DNA of 64,000 nt from Octopus sinensis (taxonomy: Eukaryota). Positions 12,010-23,875 of this stretch are shown one piece after another (position 1 is the stretch's first letter; each line of letters begins with the position of its first letter). The stretch covers positions 136,648,001-136,712,000 of the forward strand of contig NC_042999.1 of NCBI RefSeq assembly GCF_006345805.1, read 5' to 3'. The position numbers and the translations under genes were made by a program. The notes beneath the pieces were generated by a model. The model was given only the letters and a program-made list of their open reading frames with translations. It searched no databases and was not told the origin of the DNA.

Positions 12010-12877
12010 AAATGTGTGTCCAGTTGTGCACCTAACATAAAAAACATTTTATTAAGTATCCACAATACAATGGAGGAGGCAGGTTGCTCTTGCAGGGTAT
12101 ATAATAACTGTCCAGTAGGAGACCGATGTGAGGCTGGAGGGATAATATATGAGGTTATGGTGATACCTTGACCTAATATCTGTAATAACAGTAATGTAAC
12201 ATTGAACAGCAATATTATCGGCAGAGTAATCAGGACGCACACCAATGAAGTTGTCACACCTAGAGATAATAACCAAGCCAGGGCCAGCATCACAGAAGAT
12301 CCTGGTACCACTGCCATGGATAATGAACAAACCGTAGATGTAGATAGAGTGCCCAGTACAAACTCCGCACTTTGAAATAATGATCTATCCAAATCCAACA
12401 ACATGAAGGAGGTATCTGCCATTCCCAGCTCCACCACCTCAGATGAGGACCAAGTATTCATCTTCGACACCAATGGGATGACCAGCCCCGCGCTATATGT
12501 TACTAGGAGTGCGAATAGGGCCACTCCCATGTTTATAAATATATTGGTTTGGCAAGTACTTTGTTCAAGAAACATTTTCTTAACCACCAGTCATCTTTCA
12601 GAGTCCCAGGAAGGTATTTTGTCATGTCCCGATCCACCATGGGTGGCACCTCAATGATCAAGAGACTCCATGTGATGCCAGGTGGAAATTAATTGATTTT
12701 CTGGGCCCGTATATTAATGGAAGTGGCCATTGCAGGATCTGCATCACAAAGAGAACAAAAATTCTTAAGGAATCTAAAAAAACCTGCACATTAAACAGCC
12801 ATAAAGAAGCGTTTTATAAATGTATCCACATCAAGCAATACTTACTAGAAAATTGGATCTCTCTATTTGCTTGTTAG
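12010..12877 (+). mobile_element. Penelope-like element, C-terminal GIY-YIG endonuclease region (CxCx5CP linker type), decayed
   Basis: Manual translation across frameshifts: VSSCAPNIKNILLSIHN, CSCRVYNNCPVGDRCEAGGIIYEV, YIGLASTLFKKHFLNHQSSFR, WKLID, YINGSGHCRICITK, LNSHKEAFYKCIHIKQYLLEN. These match the PLE order SYSC.PN..H N / CNCR..CP..G.C...IY / YIG...FK.R..NH..SF / C.LC..EK / LN.R.E...C.H...LL.N. Confidence 0.75.
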
Positions 12878-13095
12878 GTCTTTCCGAGTCTATAAAGGCA
12901 CCCCCTCTGTTTAAGGGGAAATAACCTGTACTCATTAACATTTTTACATATTCCTCGATTTCTGAGCATTTCCTCATGTCTGCAATGTAGATATTTTAAA
13001 ATTTTGTATTCATATAGAATCTGATGAGCTGTCCACAAGGCTTTGGCTTTGTGGGTGCAAAACCTTGGGTAACTGTATATAAAATGTTGTTGTAG

Positions 13096-13163
<68 letters not shown>

Positions 13164-13599
13164 TACATATATATTAATTGTTCTCCTGTGAAATTTCCAT
13201 AAGACTTGCTAGTATATATAAATATGCAGTGAAGTTTATTATATTAAATTTTAGTTTCATAATCTCCTGGCATTTTCAGTTGTTAAATCTTGCTTTTTCT
13301 TGAGTCAGCAACTTTCTGAATGTTTTGTATTTCTCTTAGCCTCCAGTCCTCCTTAATTATTTTAGTAGAAACTCAGTTCCTTGTACATCTCCTATTTATT
13401 ACTTTGTTCTTTAACTTTGCAAGTTCTATCATATGTTGGGTTGAACAACTAAGATTATACTTAATTTATCAGTCTGAAATAGCTATTCTTGCTCTCTCAG
13501 TTCTCTAAACAATTTTGCAGAATGCAGTGTTCCTAAGTTCTCACTGGTACTATACTACTATGCTCTATAGCTTAGTTTGCCATGGTGTAGTTAAAAAAT

Positions 13600-13890
13600 T
13601 TGCTTCCAATCATATTGTTTCAAGTTCAAACCCTCTGCTTGTACCTTGTGTACATATCTTCTGTTGTAGCTCCTGGTTGACCAGGAAAGCCTTGTGAGTG
13701 GTTTGGAGAGATGAAAATCGAAAGAAGCTCATCACGTGTGTGTTTCCTTGCATTGACATTTCGTGGTCATTATAAACGAGTTACTGCCATACAAGCAATA
13801 TCCTTCTCTTCCAATCTCTTGTGAAAATATGTTTGGCATGGTGGAAATATGTCTGCCCATCAGGGAACAGGTGAGGGTAGGTGACAGGAA
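13600..13890 (+). mobile_element. SINE variant, decayed
   Basis: Head similar to the 36600 family (aaagccttgtgagtgg...gaaagaagc) followed by a different body shared with 40345-40590. Confidence 0.55.
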
Positions 13891-14249
13891 TAATCTTGGA
13901 TAAATAGAAAGAATAAAACAATTTGATCTGAAGACTTAAAGAATATAACATTGGTACAAGGTAGCAAAATTTACAAGGAATAGTAAATTGACATTTCTAC
14001 TTGCATATGTTTGAAGTCTGATTCAGTGACTCAGCTTTGTGAATTATAAACCTTATTCTACACAACTTACCAGAATTATAACTTTCAAGGTCAAACTGTA
14101 TTGCAATATCCACAAGTCTTGTAAATTATCTCGCACTGAGATCCGTTTCCAAATTACATCTAGATATATAGATCTGTATTAAAGAATATAGACTGAGTTA
14201 CGTCATAGTTCTGATATATTTCTTCACTATATTTTATCTTATATTTCAG

Positions 14250-14390
14250 GACCAGTATTTCATGATGATGATTGTATGGAACCAATTGCACTTGGAATGG
14301 AAAGTGGAGGGATACCTGATAGTAGCATCTGGGCATCAACATCAGGGAAAAAACGATCTCCTGAAATGGCTCGATTAGGCCATGCTTCTG
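14250..14390 (+). CDS. Internal coding exon: N-terminal part of a discoidin (F5/8 type C) domain, probable Neurexin IV/Caspr (CNTNAP-like) gene
   Basis: Pyrimidine-rich tttcAG acceptor at 14248-49 and GT donor at 14391. 141 nt, phase 1-1, open: (G)PVFHDDDCMEPIALGMESGGIPDSSIWASTSGKKRSPEMARLGHAS(G). C..LGMESG.IPD..I.AS...ARL is the typical discoidin start. Absent from the ORF track because it has no start codon of its own. Confidence 0.9.
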
Positions 14391-15022
14391 GTAACTACAG
14401 CCCAATTACTTTCTGTAGTGTTTTTTTCCCAGCAATATAATATTAAATCAAAATCACAAATTCTATTCATTTAGAACACATTGTTTCCATTTTGTGATTC
14501 AAAGTTTAGTTTAAATTCTTGAATTCCTGTAGTGCTTTCTCTATATAAATTTCCCAATCCTGTTAGAAACGAGAGATTTTGATAAAATGCAGTTGGTATC
14601 ATATAAAATTATGAAAATATAATTATTGCATGAATTAGGATGAAACTTGCGATATGACACAATGCCCCTTGGCGTACATTGTGTATGTGGTTTTTGACTG
14701 TTGTTGATTTTTACCTGTTATGTTACTTCCACATGAACAGTAAACTGAATACAGCTAAGTTGATGACATGTAGATAGTTCTATATGTATTTACAAGTCAT
14801 TAGTTCCTGGACACCATTTTTATTTTGTATCTTTGAGCTGAATTTGTGTGCTGATAGTATTTGTAACTTGGAAGCTGCACAATTTCCATTAGAAAAAGCA
14901 TTCCAAGATACATCAGAAACTTTTAATGAATAACAGTGTCAATATTATTCTGTAATCAGAAATACTGTGTGTTAATAATATATTAATAATGAATTATTTA
15001 GCAACCCTTTACATTAAAATTC

Positions 15023-15900
15023 ATCATCATCATTTAACATCCGTTCTCCATGCTAGCATGGGTTGGACGGTTCGACCGGGGATCTGGGAAGCCAGAAGGC
15101 TGCACCAGGCTCCAGTCTGATCTGGCAGTGTTTCTACAGCTGGATGCCCTTCCTAATGCCAACCACTCCGTGAGTGTAGTGGGTGCTTTTTACATGCCAC
15201 CTGCACAGGTGCCAGGCAAGGCTGGCAACGGCCACGATCGGATTGGTGCTTTTTACGTGCCACTGGCATGGAAGCCAGTCAAGGCGGCACTGGCATTGGC
15301 CACGATTTGGATAGCGCTTTTTATGTGCCACCGGCACGGAAGCCAGTCTAGGCGCCGCTGGCATTGGCCACCTTCAGATGGTGCTGTTTACATGCCATCG
15401 GCGCAGGGATCACAACTGCAGTTTCCATTGATTTTGATGTCGGTGTACTTGACTCAATGGATCTCCTCAAGCACAGGGTCAAAATGGTGTTTCTTCACTT
15501 GCCACCAGCACAGGAGTCAGTCCAGTGGTCCTGGTAACTGTCGGGTGCCAGTCATAGGATTGGTTCAATTTCGATTCCAATTTCAATTTCACTTGCCCCA
15601 ACAGGTCTTCGCAAGCAGAGTTTAGTGTCAAATGAAGGGAGGTTGGCATGGGTGCCTGTCGTCGGATGAGGTTCGATTTCGACTTCGCTTGCCTCAACAG
15701 GTCTTTGTGTGTCCAAGGGAGGAAAGACATGCATAAGTAGGCTGGATTCACTTGTCCTGCCTGGTCTTCTCACGCACAACATATTTCCAAAGGTCTCAGT
15801 CACTGGTCATTGCCTCGGTGAGGCCTAAAGTTCGAAGGTCGTGCTTCACCACCTTGTCCCAGGTTTTCCTGGGTCTACCTCTTCCACGGGTTCCCTCAAC
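15023..15900 (-). mobile_element. RTE LINE 3' end (ORF C-terminus + 3' UTR + (GAT)n tail)
   Basis: - strand VEGTRGRGRPRKTWDKVVKHDLRTLGLTE at ~15800-15900; catcatcat tail at 15023; high similarity to 32668-33240. Confidence 0.85.
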
Positions 15901-16528
15901 TGTTATACATATATAGTGAATCATATTTACTATATATGTATGGCAGTCTGCTACTTACTTCATTGATCCCTATTTCTTGCATCACTAAACTTCACAACAT
16001 AAAAGAATGCAATGTAAACAAACATACATATACAGGACTACCATTAAGTACTAGACAAAATAAATGATCATTTAAGGCACTAAAATTTGAGGGTACCATG
16101 TAAACTCTGAACAACTTCCAAAAAATTTCTTAATCTGACTCAAAACATGAAACCTGAGTAGTAAAGAGAGAAAGTAAGGTGACTCCTGGAATAGAGGGCT
16201 GAGATAAGTTAGTGGGTTAGTCAGGATGGCCATGTGGTGTTATAATCTATCACTTAATTTGGCAGGAAACATTTCAGTTTTGCTAGAAAACAGATTTATA
16301 ATTAGCTTGTTTGCAAGTTGATTATAATTTTACACCATTTTTTTTTCTAGTTGGTCTGAAAGTGGGTGATTTCTATAGAAAGTAAATTGTAGGACTAGGA
16401 GAATGGGATGCAAATTGTACAGCTGGCCTTGGTGGCTGAATATCCAAGTGATGGCCCTGCATGTGTGTGTGTGTCACAGCATGGCTGTAGTCTAATAACT
16501 AAGACGAGTAAAAGATAAAAGAAAAGGT

Positions 16529-17044
16529 ATGCTCAGTAAGGCATTCAAGAAAGTCCTGCGCACTACAGGCCTAAAAGTTAAAGTTGTAGAAAAGACAGGT
16601 AGGACTATCAAATCGGCATTATGCAGATCATATACATTTGATAGAATCACCTGTCAAAGTAATTGTGCAGTATGTTCGACAAATCCACATGTAAATTGTA
16701 AAACCAAGGGCACTGTATACCAGATTAAGTGCCAGGAAGGAGCTTGCGCGACTAACCCAGAGTCATACATAGGTGAGACCTCTAGAAGCATCAATGATAG
16801 GTTCAAAGAACACCTGGACAACTACATTGATAGGAAGCCAAACTCCATCTTCTACCAACATGCTGTAGACTGCCACAAGGGATCCTTAGGGGAGCTTAAG
16901 CTGAACATCCTATCAACACACCCCACCGATGCAATGTTGAGACAGGTCACAGAAGCTGTTTGTATACAAGAATACAAACCTACTCTCAACCGAAAGTCCG
17001 AATGGAATAACATCCAGATCCCATTCAGAAGGACTATTCTATAA
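16529..17044 (+). mobile_element. Penelope-like (Neptune-type) GIY-YIG endonuclease ORF, 171 aa, uninterrupted, RT missing
   Basis: KVKVVEKTG, Cys linker CQSNCAVC..C, GTVYQIKC...YIGETSRS..DRFKEH, RQVTEAV.I, LNRKSEW. Confidence 0.8.
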
Positions 17045-17889
17045 CCACCCCTCTCTCTCTCTCTCCCTTTTACCTGTAGTCCTTACATACGGGTTGCAAC
17101 ACGTATGTGCAGTTATATACAACGGTATGAGCAGACGTTGTTTGATACAAACAGTTGCACCTAGGCGTTGTATCCATTCACGGTTAGACGATGATGAGAG
17201 GAACAAACACACACCCACACACATATATATGTGTGTGTGCATCTATACAAACATATATGTAAATATGTATACAACCTTCAGCAAAGTAACAGTCATGTAC
17301 ACAACTTGGACGGACACATGCCAGTACACGGACATACGTTCACATACACATACACATACTCTCACAGACACATCTGCCCATTCTCCTAGACACTCACATA
17401 CATACGTAGCACATGAATACAAACATACATACATACCTACGTATGGGCATACACACGTACATACGCACGTACATGTACGCACACACATACATGGGTACAT
17501 GCACACGAGCGCGTATACATACACACATACATACATACATACATACATACGCACATACATACATACGCACAATAGTAAAACAATAGTTCTGTGATATAGA
17601 GATAAAAATCTGATAATAGATTTTAGGGTATAGTTTTGGGAGTAAGCGTCATAAATCACTTTCTAGCTTCGGTGGTAGGAAGTTGAAATTTGATAGCTTT
17701 GTGATGAGTGGTCACTCTACATCCATCCATTGCTACAGGTTTATAGCTTTATGTTTTATAGAGTGTATGTGCGTGCATATACACACACATACATATATAC
17801 ATACATACATACATACATACATGCATACACAGGCGTATGTGCATACATGCATACGTACATACATACACACATGTATGCATACATACACA

Positions 17890-18136
17890 CATACATACGT
17901 ACATATATATGACGAGCTAACTGTTACTTTCTTAGATGCAGCACGGACTTTGTCAGTGAACAGGTCGCGGATTTTAGCGACGAAAATATTTTGACAAATT
18001 AAACTTAAATGTTGAAGTGAATCGAACGGCTTTTGTGTGTTTCTTAAATGGCTTATAAACACCTTCCACGCTGCAATTGTTTTCGTTTCAGCACACGATC
18101 TCAGATCAAATTACTTGCTATGCGAGTACATCTCCG

Positions 18137-18140
<4 letters not shown>
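17890..18140. repeat. Interspersed repeat (probable non-autonomous DNA element end) between microsatellites
   Basis: A CpG-richer, non-simple block ending gctatgcgagtacatctccgtaata against a (TA)n run. Family not determined. Confidence 0.4.
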
Positions 18141-18193
<53 letters not shown>

Positions 18194-19559
18194 AATTTTG
18201 TAAATAGAATCTGTTCAAAGCTTTTCTTTGTGTGTGTGTGTGAACTCATTTGATGTCCATTTTCCCTGCTGGTATTGATTGGACAGTTTGACATAACCCA
18301 ACAAGATGGAGGACTGTATTGAGCTTCAATATCTGCTTTGATGTGGTTTCTATGATTGGATGCCCTTCCGAATGACACCCTTTACCAGAGTGTACTGGGT
18401 GCTTTTTTCTTGACACTTGCTTGAGTGAAGATGGCCAAATATTTTGCAACACTAAGAAAAAGAAGTAAAAGCTTCCTGTGAGAAGGTGGGTTATGCTAGG
18501 TGTTGAGAAACTAAAATACATATAGGGGGACAGGTATAGGTGTCCCTCTTTAGAAGAGATATATGGTTACCTCACATTATATAAGAGTGAGTGGGCGTAG
18601 CTGGAAAGAAGATAGAGGTATTGGTGACGATGTGTCAGAGCATACTCTCAAGGTACAAGAAAGTGAGTATAAGAGAGAACACGGACTGAGGATGGAGAGG
18701 TGTGTGTGAATAACTTCATAGGAATGAGAGGAGAGTGACAAGTTATGGATGGAGGTAGAGGTTATTGTAGTGAATGATGTACATGGGTAGAGGTGTGGTT
18801 GATGATAAATATCAAGATGGGAGAAAAGATAAAAGAAATAGCTCGAGAGAGGAGGTGATAAATCGCAATACAAAAAGGAGATGGAGAGTAGCAGTATAAT
18901 AAGCCAGTAGACAGATTAGAAAATAGGGAGAGAGAGAGAAATAAATATTGATAAAGATTAAGGTCAGATGTACATTATGCTAGCTAGCTGGGGAAAAAAG
19001 TGGGGAGAGCATTGACAGCAAATGGGAGAGTGTTGAGCAAACAGCAGATACAAGATGTCGGAGATGAAGTAAGGCAGTTCTATGATATAGATCAGAGGAG
19101 AGAAAGAGATACTTAGAGACAGATAAAGGGGTGAGCAGTGAAAAATGAAGTGGTAAGGGATGATATAGAAAATGAGAGATGGATGTTAAAGGAATTGGTT
19201 CCTGGGAGAGGCGGAGCTAACTTGTAGCAAAAAAGGGGAAGAAATATGTGAATATTCTGCTGTCATATGATTGCAACAACTGAATTGTGTCATTGTTAGA
19301 GGAGAGATGGAGGGATTATTGTTAGGAAGATGATAGGTAGAAAAGGCTTGACAGGGATAGATTAGGGTCTGGTGAGTGCACAGACATAAACCTAATACTT
19401 TTAGTGCACCACTTTTGCTTTGGTGGTTGGGTCTTATCAAGCACAGTGAATTACCAATGATTTCAGTCCTTTCTTATCTCCACTGTGGGATTCAACATCT
19501 TGAGATCAGCCTTCACTCTTCATTCCATGTCTTTCTGAGTGTCCCTCTTCCATTAGTAC

Positions 19560-19850
19560 TTCTTTAGACAATCTGCCTTTCACTTTAAGGGTGAGATCTT
19601 TTGTTACCAACAGAGATAACTCCTTGAACTTTTTCCATCCTTCTTTTATACTAGCAACTATCAGCACATCCTCTTCCACTGCTGATTAGGTTACCAAGGT
19701 GACAGAAACTATCAACTACCTCTAGGGAACCTTGTCAGTATTTGAATGTTTTTATCATATTACTCTGGTACATGTGCCGCAAGTAGTCTACTTTCTCTGT
19801 TAGCCTTCCTATGATTCCATTGCACCTCCACGCCTCTTGTGTATCCATAG
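19560..19850 (-). mobile_element. RTE LINE RT fragment, decayed
   Basis: Reverse-strand similarity to the RTE segment at 59466-59712 (agctctctgaactt.., ttgtcaccagcag.., VVDSFCHLGNL-like). Confidence 0.6.
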
Positions 19851-20535
19851 CACATACACATTTATTCATCTGTGTGTGTATCATTTGTTTTGTTGTATAT
19901 ATTTATATGCTATTTAAGGGTGCCATTTGAAGTTATTTTGTGAAAAAGATCTGAAGCTAATAAAAATACATATTAACTACAGATCTTTTTCCTTCTGAAG
20001 GAAAACATTAATCAGTATATATTTACACATACACGCACATACATAAAACTACTAAAAGAAAAGTTGTAAGTAATGACAAATTCTCTTGCAGAAATCAACC
20101 ACATGGCATGAATGTTTTGTGTGTATTTTAATATAAACACAATCATACTTATTGATTATTAAATAACAGGTGTATTGTTCACCACCACCACCACCCACCA
20201 ATATGGTTCAGGGCACATATATGTGCATGTTTAAGATACATGATCTTAATGTCACTTGGAAAATTCTCTTTAACTGTAATGTTATTTTATAACTAGTGTT
20301 ATGTTTTTGTTCAGTAACTAAAAGGAAATCTTATTTGTCACATTTATGTTTCTTCTGCTTCACTGCAGTATTGATTTCTCAGAAGATCAACAACAAATTT
20401 TACCCAGCATTCTCTATTGTCTACTACATATTCCTGAAGGAAATGAATTTAGATATTTTTTTTCGCCCTTTTTTATGAGAATTGCAAATTATTTACATAT
20501 GTACATACATACATATGTACAAACGTATGTATATG

Positions 20536-20570
<35 letters not shown>

Positions 20571-21423
20571 ATTTGTAATATAAAATAATGTCTCTAACCA
20601 CAAATAAAAATTTCAAAAACTCTTTGTTATATCTCTGTAGTTTCTGAACATAGTGAAAGCATCATATTTTCTTGTGAATGGCTCTCAGCCAAAATCTTGA
20701 AATATAACAGCATCAAAGTTCTTGTTTTGGTGAGACAACATAAGTTCTGTAGGTTTTTATAGCATTGAAAAATGTTAAAACAATTGCTGTGAAGCTTTTG
20801 ACATTTCCTATTAACATTTTGTCTAAGAATTTAAGAAAAAAAGTGGGTACATTTCGTTTTTTTTTTTTAAACTTCAAACTGATATACATCTAATGAATTT
20901 TTCATACAATCACCATGACTTCTACGTTTTCTAAAATGTAATAACTGTAGTGTTAATTTGCTTTATTTGGAGATTTGTCATTTGATATTAGAATTTTAAA
21001 TCTTTTTCTATGTATATTTCTTTTTCTCTTCACCTGATCTTCAATAATATATTTCTTTAAAATATTTTACTATAAAAACAACAGATTCTTTTGTTAGAAT
21101 TAATTGATAAATACATAAAGATAAAAACAATTAAAGCTATTAAAGTTTATGTTTTCAGTCTCTGCTAAAACATTAAGACTTATCTAGTATATGATAGTAA
21201 TTGCAGTGATCATTAAATCCTGATTTATGTCAGCTTCTACTTACAAAAACACGATTTCCTCTTCAATTTTGCCTTCCTTATGAACTTCCTTTTTAATAAA
21301 AAGTCCAATGTTTCTCTTATCGCTCCTCATGCATTGCCTCTATTGAATGTTTTAAGCATGTTGAAATTACGTGATGTGTAGAACAACAATGTATTCTCCA
21401 AGCTGACATGTTACTACATAGAT

Positions 21424-21785
21424 CAGTGGTTCTTTACCATTTTTTTTTTTGCTTATGTACCCCTTTGATTACTATTTTATTCTTGTGGACCCTCAAAGCC
21501 ATTTGATGTTCAAAAACTAGTTTTATAGATACTTCTTTCAAAATACCTGTTTTGTTTTTCACTCATTCGCTTGCGTAGATTTGCAATAGAACTTTCTGAG
21601 GGAACATGTTTCAGTAGCTAGAAACATGTTGAACTATGTAAAACATTAAAGAAACCTAGCTGTTTCTTGCAATAAATACATCTAAAACAAATTTTTCTTG
21701 GGCTACTGAAATACTTGCATGCATGGACCCCCAAAATCTTATGTGGGCCCTTAGGGGTCATATGGACCCTTGTCGAGAACCACTG
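21424..21785. mobile_element. hAT (Charlie-like) MITE
   Basis: Terminal inverted repeats CAGTGGTTCT (21424) and AGAACCACTG (to 21785). Flanking 8-mers acatagat/atgtagat match at 6 of 8, consistent with a decayed TAGA-centred 8-bp TSD. Confidence 0.7.
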
Positions 21786-23714
21786 ATGTAGATTGTAATC
21801 CCAATATTCTTCATGTCAGATTACAATTAATCAAAGTTATTATCAATCAGATATATTCTCTAGCCAGAAATACCATAAAAACCCATGTAATTTACACACT
21901 TTTTTCCACAAAAATAAAAATGGACTTTAGTGGATGTGTAAATTACATGAGTAGATCATTTCCAGAATTTTTTTTTTTGTTGAAAAAATATGTACAAAAC
22001 GTAAACATTCATACCAAAAGTTGACTCATTTAATGTCAGAATAGGTTTTTACTGAAAAAATAATGGCTTAAATATAATGAAGTTGACTTTTATTTATGAT
22101 GGATGGTATAATGCTTACTTTTCCCTGTATAAATTTACTAAAACCACTAAATGGTTAACTACTTTTTGAAGTCTGACGTCCATGCTGGTAAACACAGTCC
22201 AGGCCATATTTTACATTGCTTGGAGTTTCTACCTATCGCAATGGAGCACCATTAATTTACATAGTGATATGAATATTCCTGACTGAAAAATGATATGGAT
22301 AATCTTGATTGTATGTTTTTATTTTTGTCTGTTTATTACTAAGCACAGTTTTAAGTTTATCATACAGTTAATGCCAATTTCAAACATGGGCTTCGTTAGC
22401 ATTAAAATGCCTTCTGGCAGCTCTGTTGCCATGTTCAAACGCATATCCAACATATTTAATTTCTCCTTCACAGTAAACGATTCATAAGTTCTGCCCATAC
22501 TGACAATAACGGTAATGACAAATATTTAAGTTTTGCTTGACATTTTGTAAGTGTGAAGGGGATTAAAATTTTGATACTCAGTATCAAAGATTCTGACAAG
22601 AATAGGTAGAAAAGAATTCTGTTTACATAATCAGTTTGATCGGTCACTTTCCTCTGTCAGTTGAGTAAACTGTCATCCAAGCTGATGTTTATTGGTAATT
22701 AAACTTAATTTGCAACAACTTTTCCTGTGATCATGATTTGAGAAAACATACAGTGGTATGCTAATGATAGGACATAATCTTTTGTGAGCAAGAAATATAA
22801 AATAAAGTTTATTATAAAGAACACAAACACTTTGTAATTTAATAGCTTTCAATGTGATACCTCTTAAACAGAAATTATTTTTATTTAATGAAAATTTAAT
22901 CATAAGTGAAATTATGCTAAATACAACTAAAATGAAAACCTTTTTCCTCTGGCTATATTGGCAATTCTGAAAACTTATGGGTGTGAATTTTACAGCAGTA
23001 GAAACTTTTTTTAACAAATTCTATCCTGAAAAATCACCTGTGTAAATTACACAGGTGTGCAAATTACATGGGGTTTTTGTGGTAGTATAGCAATAATATT
23101 ATAGTTGGATGCAGATAAAGATTCATCAGTTAAAAGGGTCATTATTTATCATCATCATCGTTTAACGTCCGCTTTCCATGCTAGCATGGGTTGCACAAGG
23201 TGTCAGAAGTGGGATGTTGAACTATTATTGACAGTCTAAAGAGCTGCTAGTTAATGTAGTTTGGGTATATACATGTTTCAAGAGTGAAGCTGTCCGATAA
23301 ACAGAATGATGATAGAAATATTTTTATCATTGCAGTGACAATATAACTCTAACTATTCAAATGAGCATGGTAGATATGGTTGTGACCAGATTAATGTTGG
23401 CATTTGACTCTGGCGTAAAGCAAATATTTTATCCTGACATTATCATCATCAACAACATCATTTTAATGTTCACTTTTCTATGCTCACATACGTTGGATGG
23501 AATATTTGTTGAGGCAGGTTTTCTACAGTCAGAAATCCTTCTTGCTGCCAACCGTCAGTAATGCTGCTCTTTCTCTGAAGCAGATTTAGGTTTACAATAT
23601 TACTGAATATTTGTTCCCTTGATGAGTCCATGTCCCAGTACTTTTAACCAGTTAAAGTTTTTTCTATTTTTGTCCAGCAAATTTTGTGTGAACAAAATAC
23701 TGTGGAATGGCCTA

Positions 23715-23875
23715 TATATACAATAGACTTCTTTCAGTTTCCCTCTATCAAATCCACTCATAAGGGTTTGGTTGGTTCGGGGCTTTAGTAGAAGACATTT
23801 GCCCCAGGGGCCATGCAGTGGAATTGGATCCAGAATCCTGTGGTTGAGAAACAAACTTCTTACAGCCATGCCTGC
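23715..23875 (-). mobile_element. SINE head, decayed
   Basis: Reverse complement of the tRNA-like head of the 36600 family. Confidence 0.65.

Noticed and set aside
12169-12375. Both in-frame stops in the Penelope-like fragment are TGA, suggesting selenocysteine recoding as reported for some PLEs
   Set aside because: They are not at conserved Cys positions, the conserved Cys codons are ordinary TGY, frameshifts show the copy is dead, and I saw no SECIS-like AUGA..AA..GA hairpin downstream. CGA>TGA decay suffices.
11994-12587. 197-aa hydrophobic - strand ORF that looks like a membrane protein
   Set aside because: It is the antisense shadow of the N/T/S-rich + strand Penelope-like frame.
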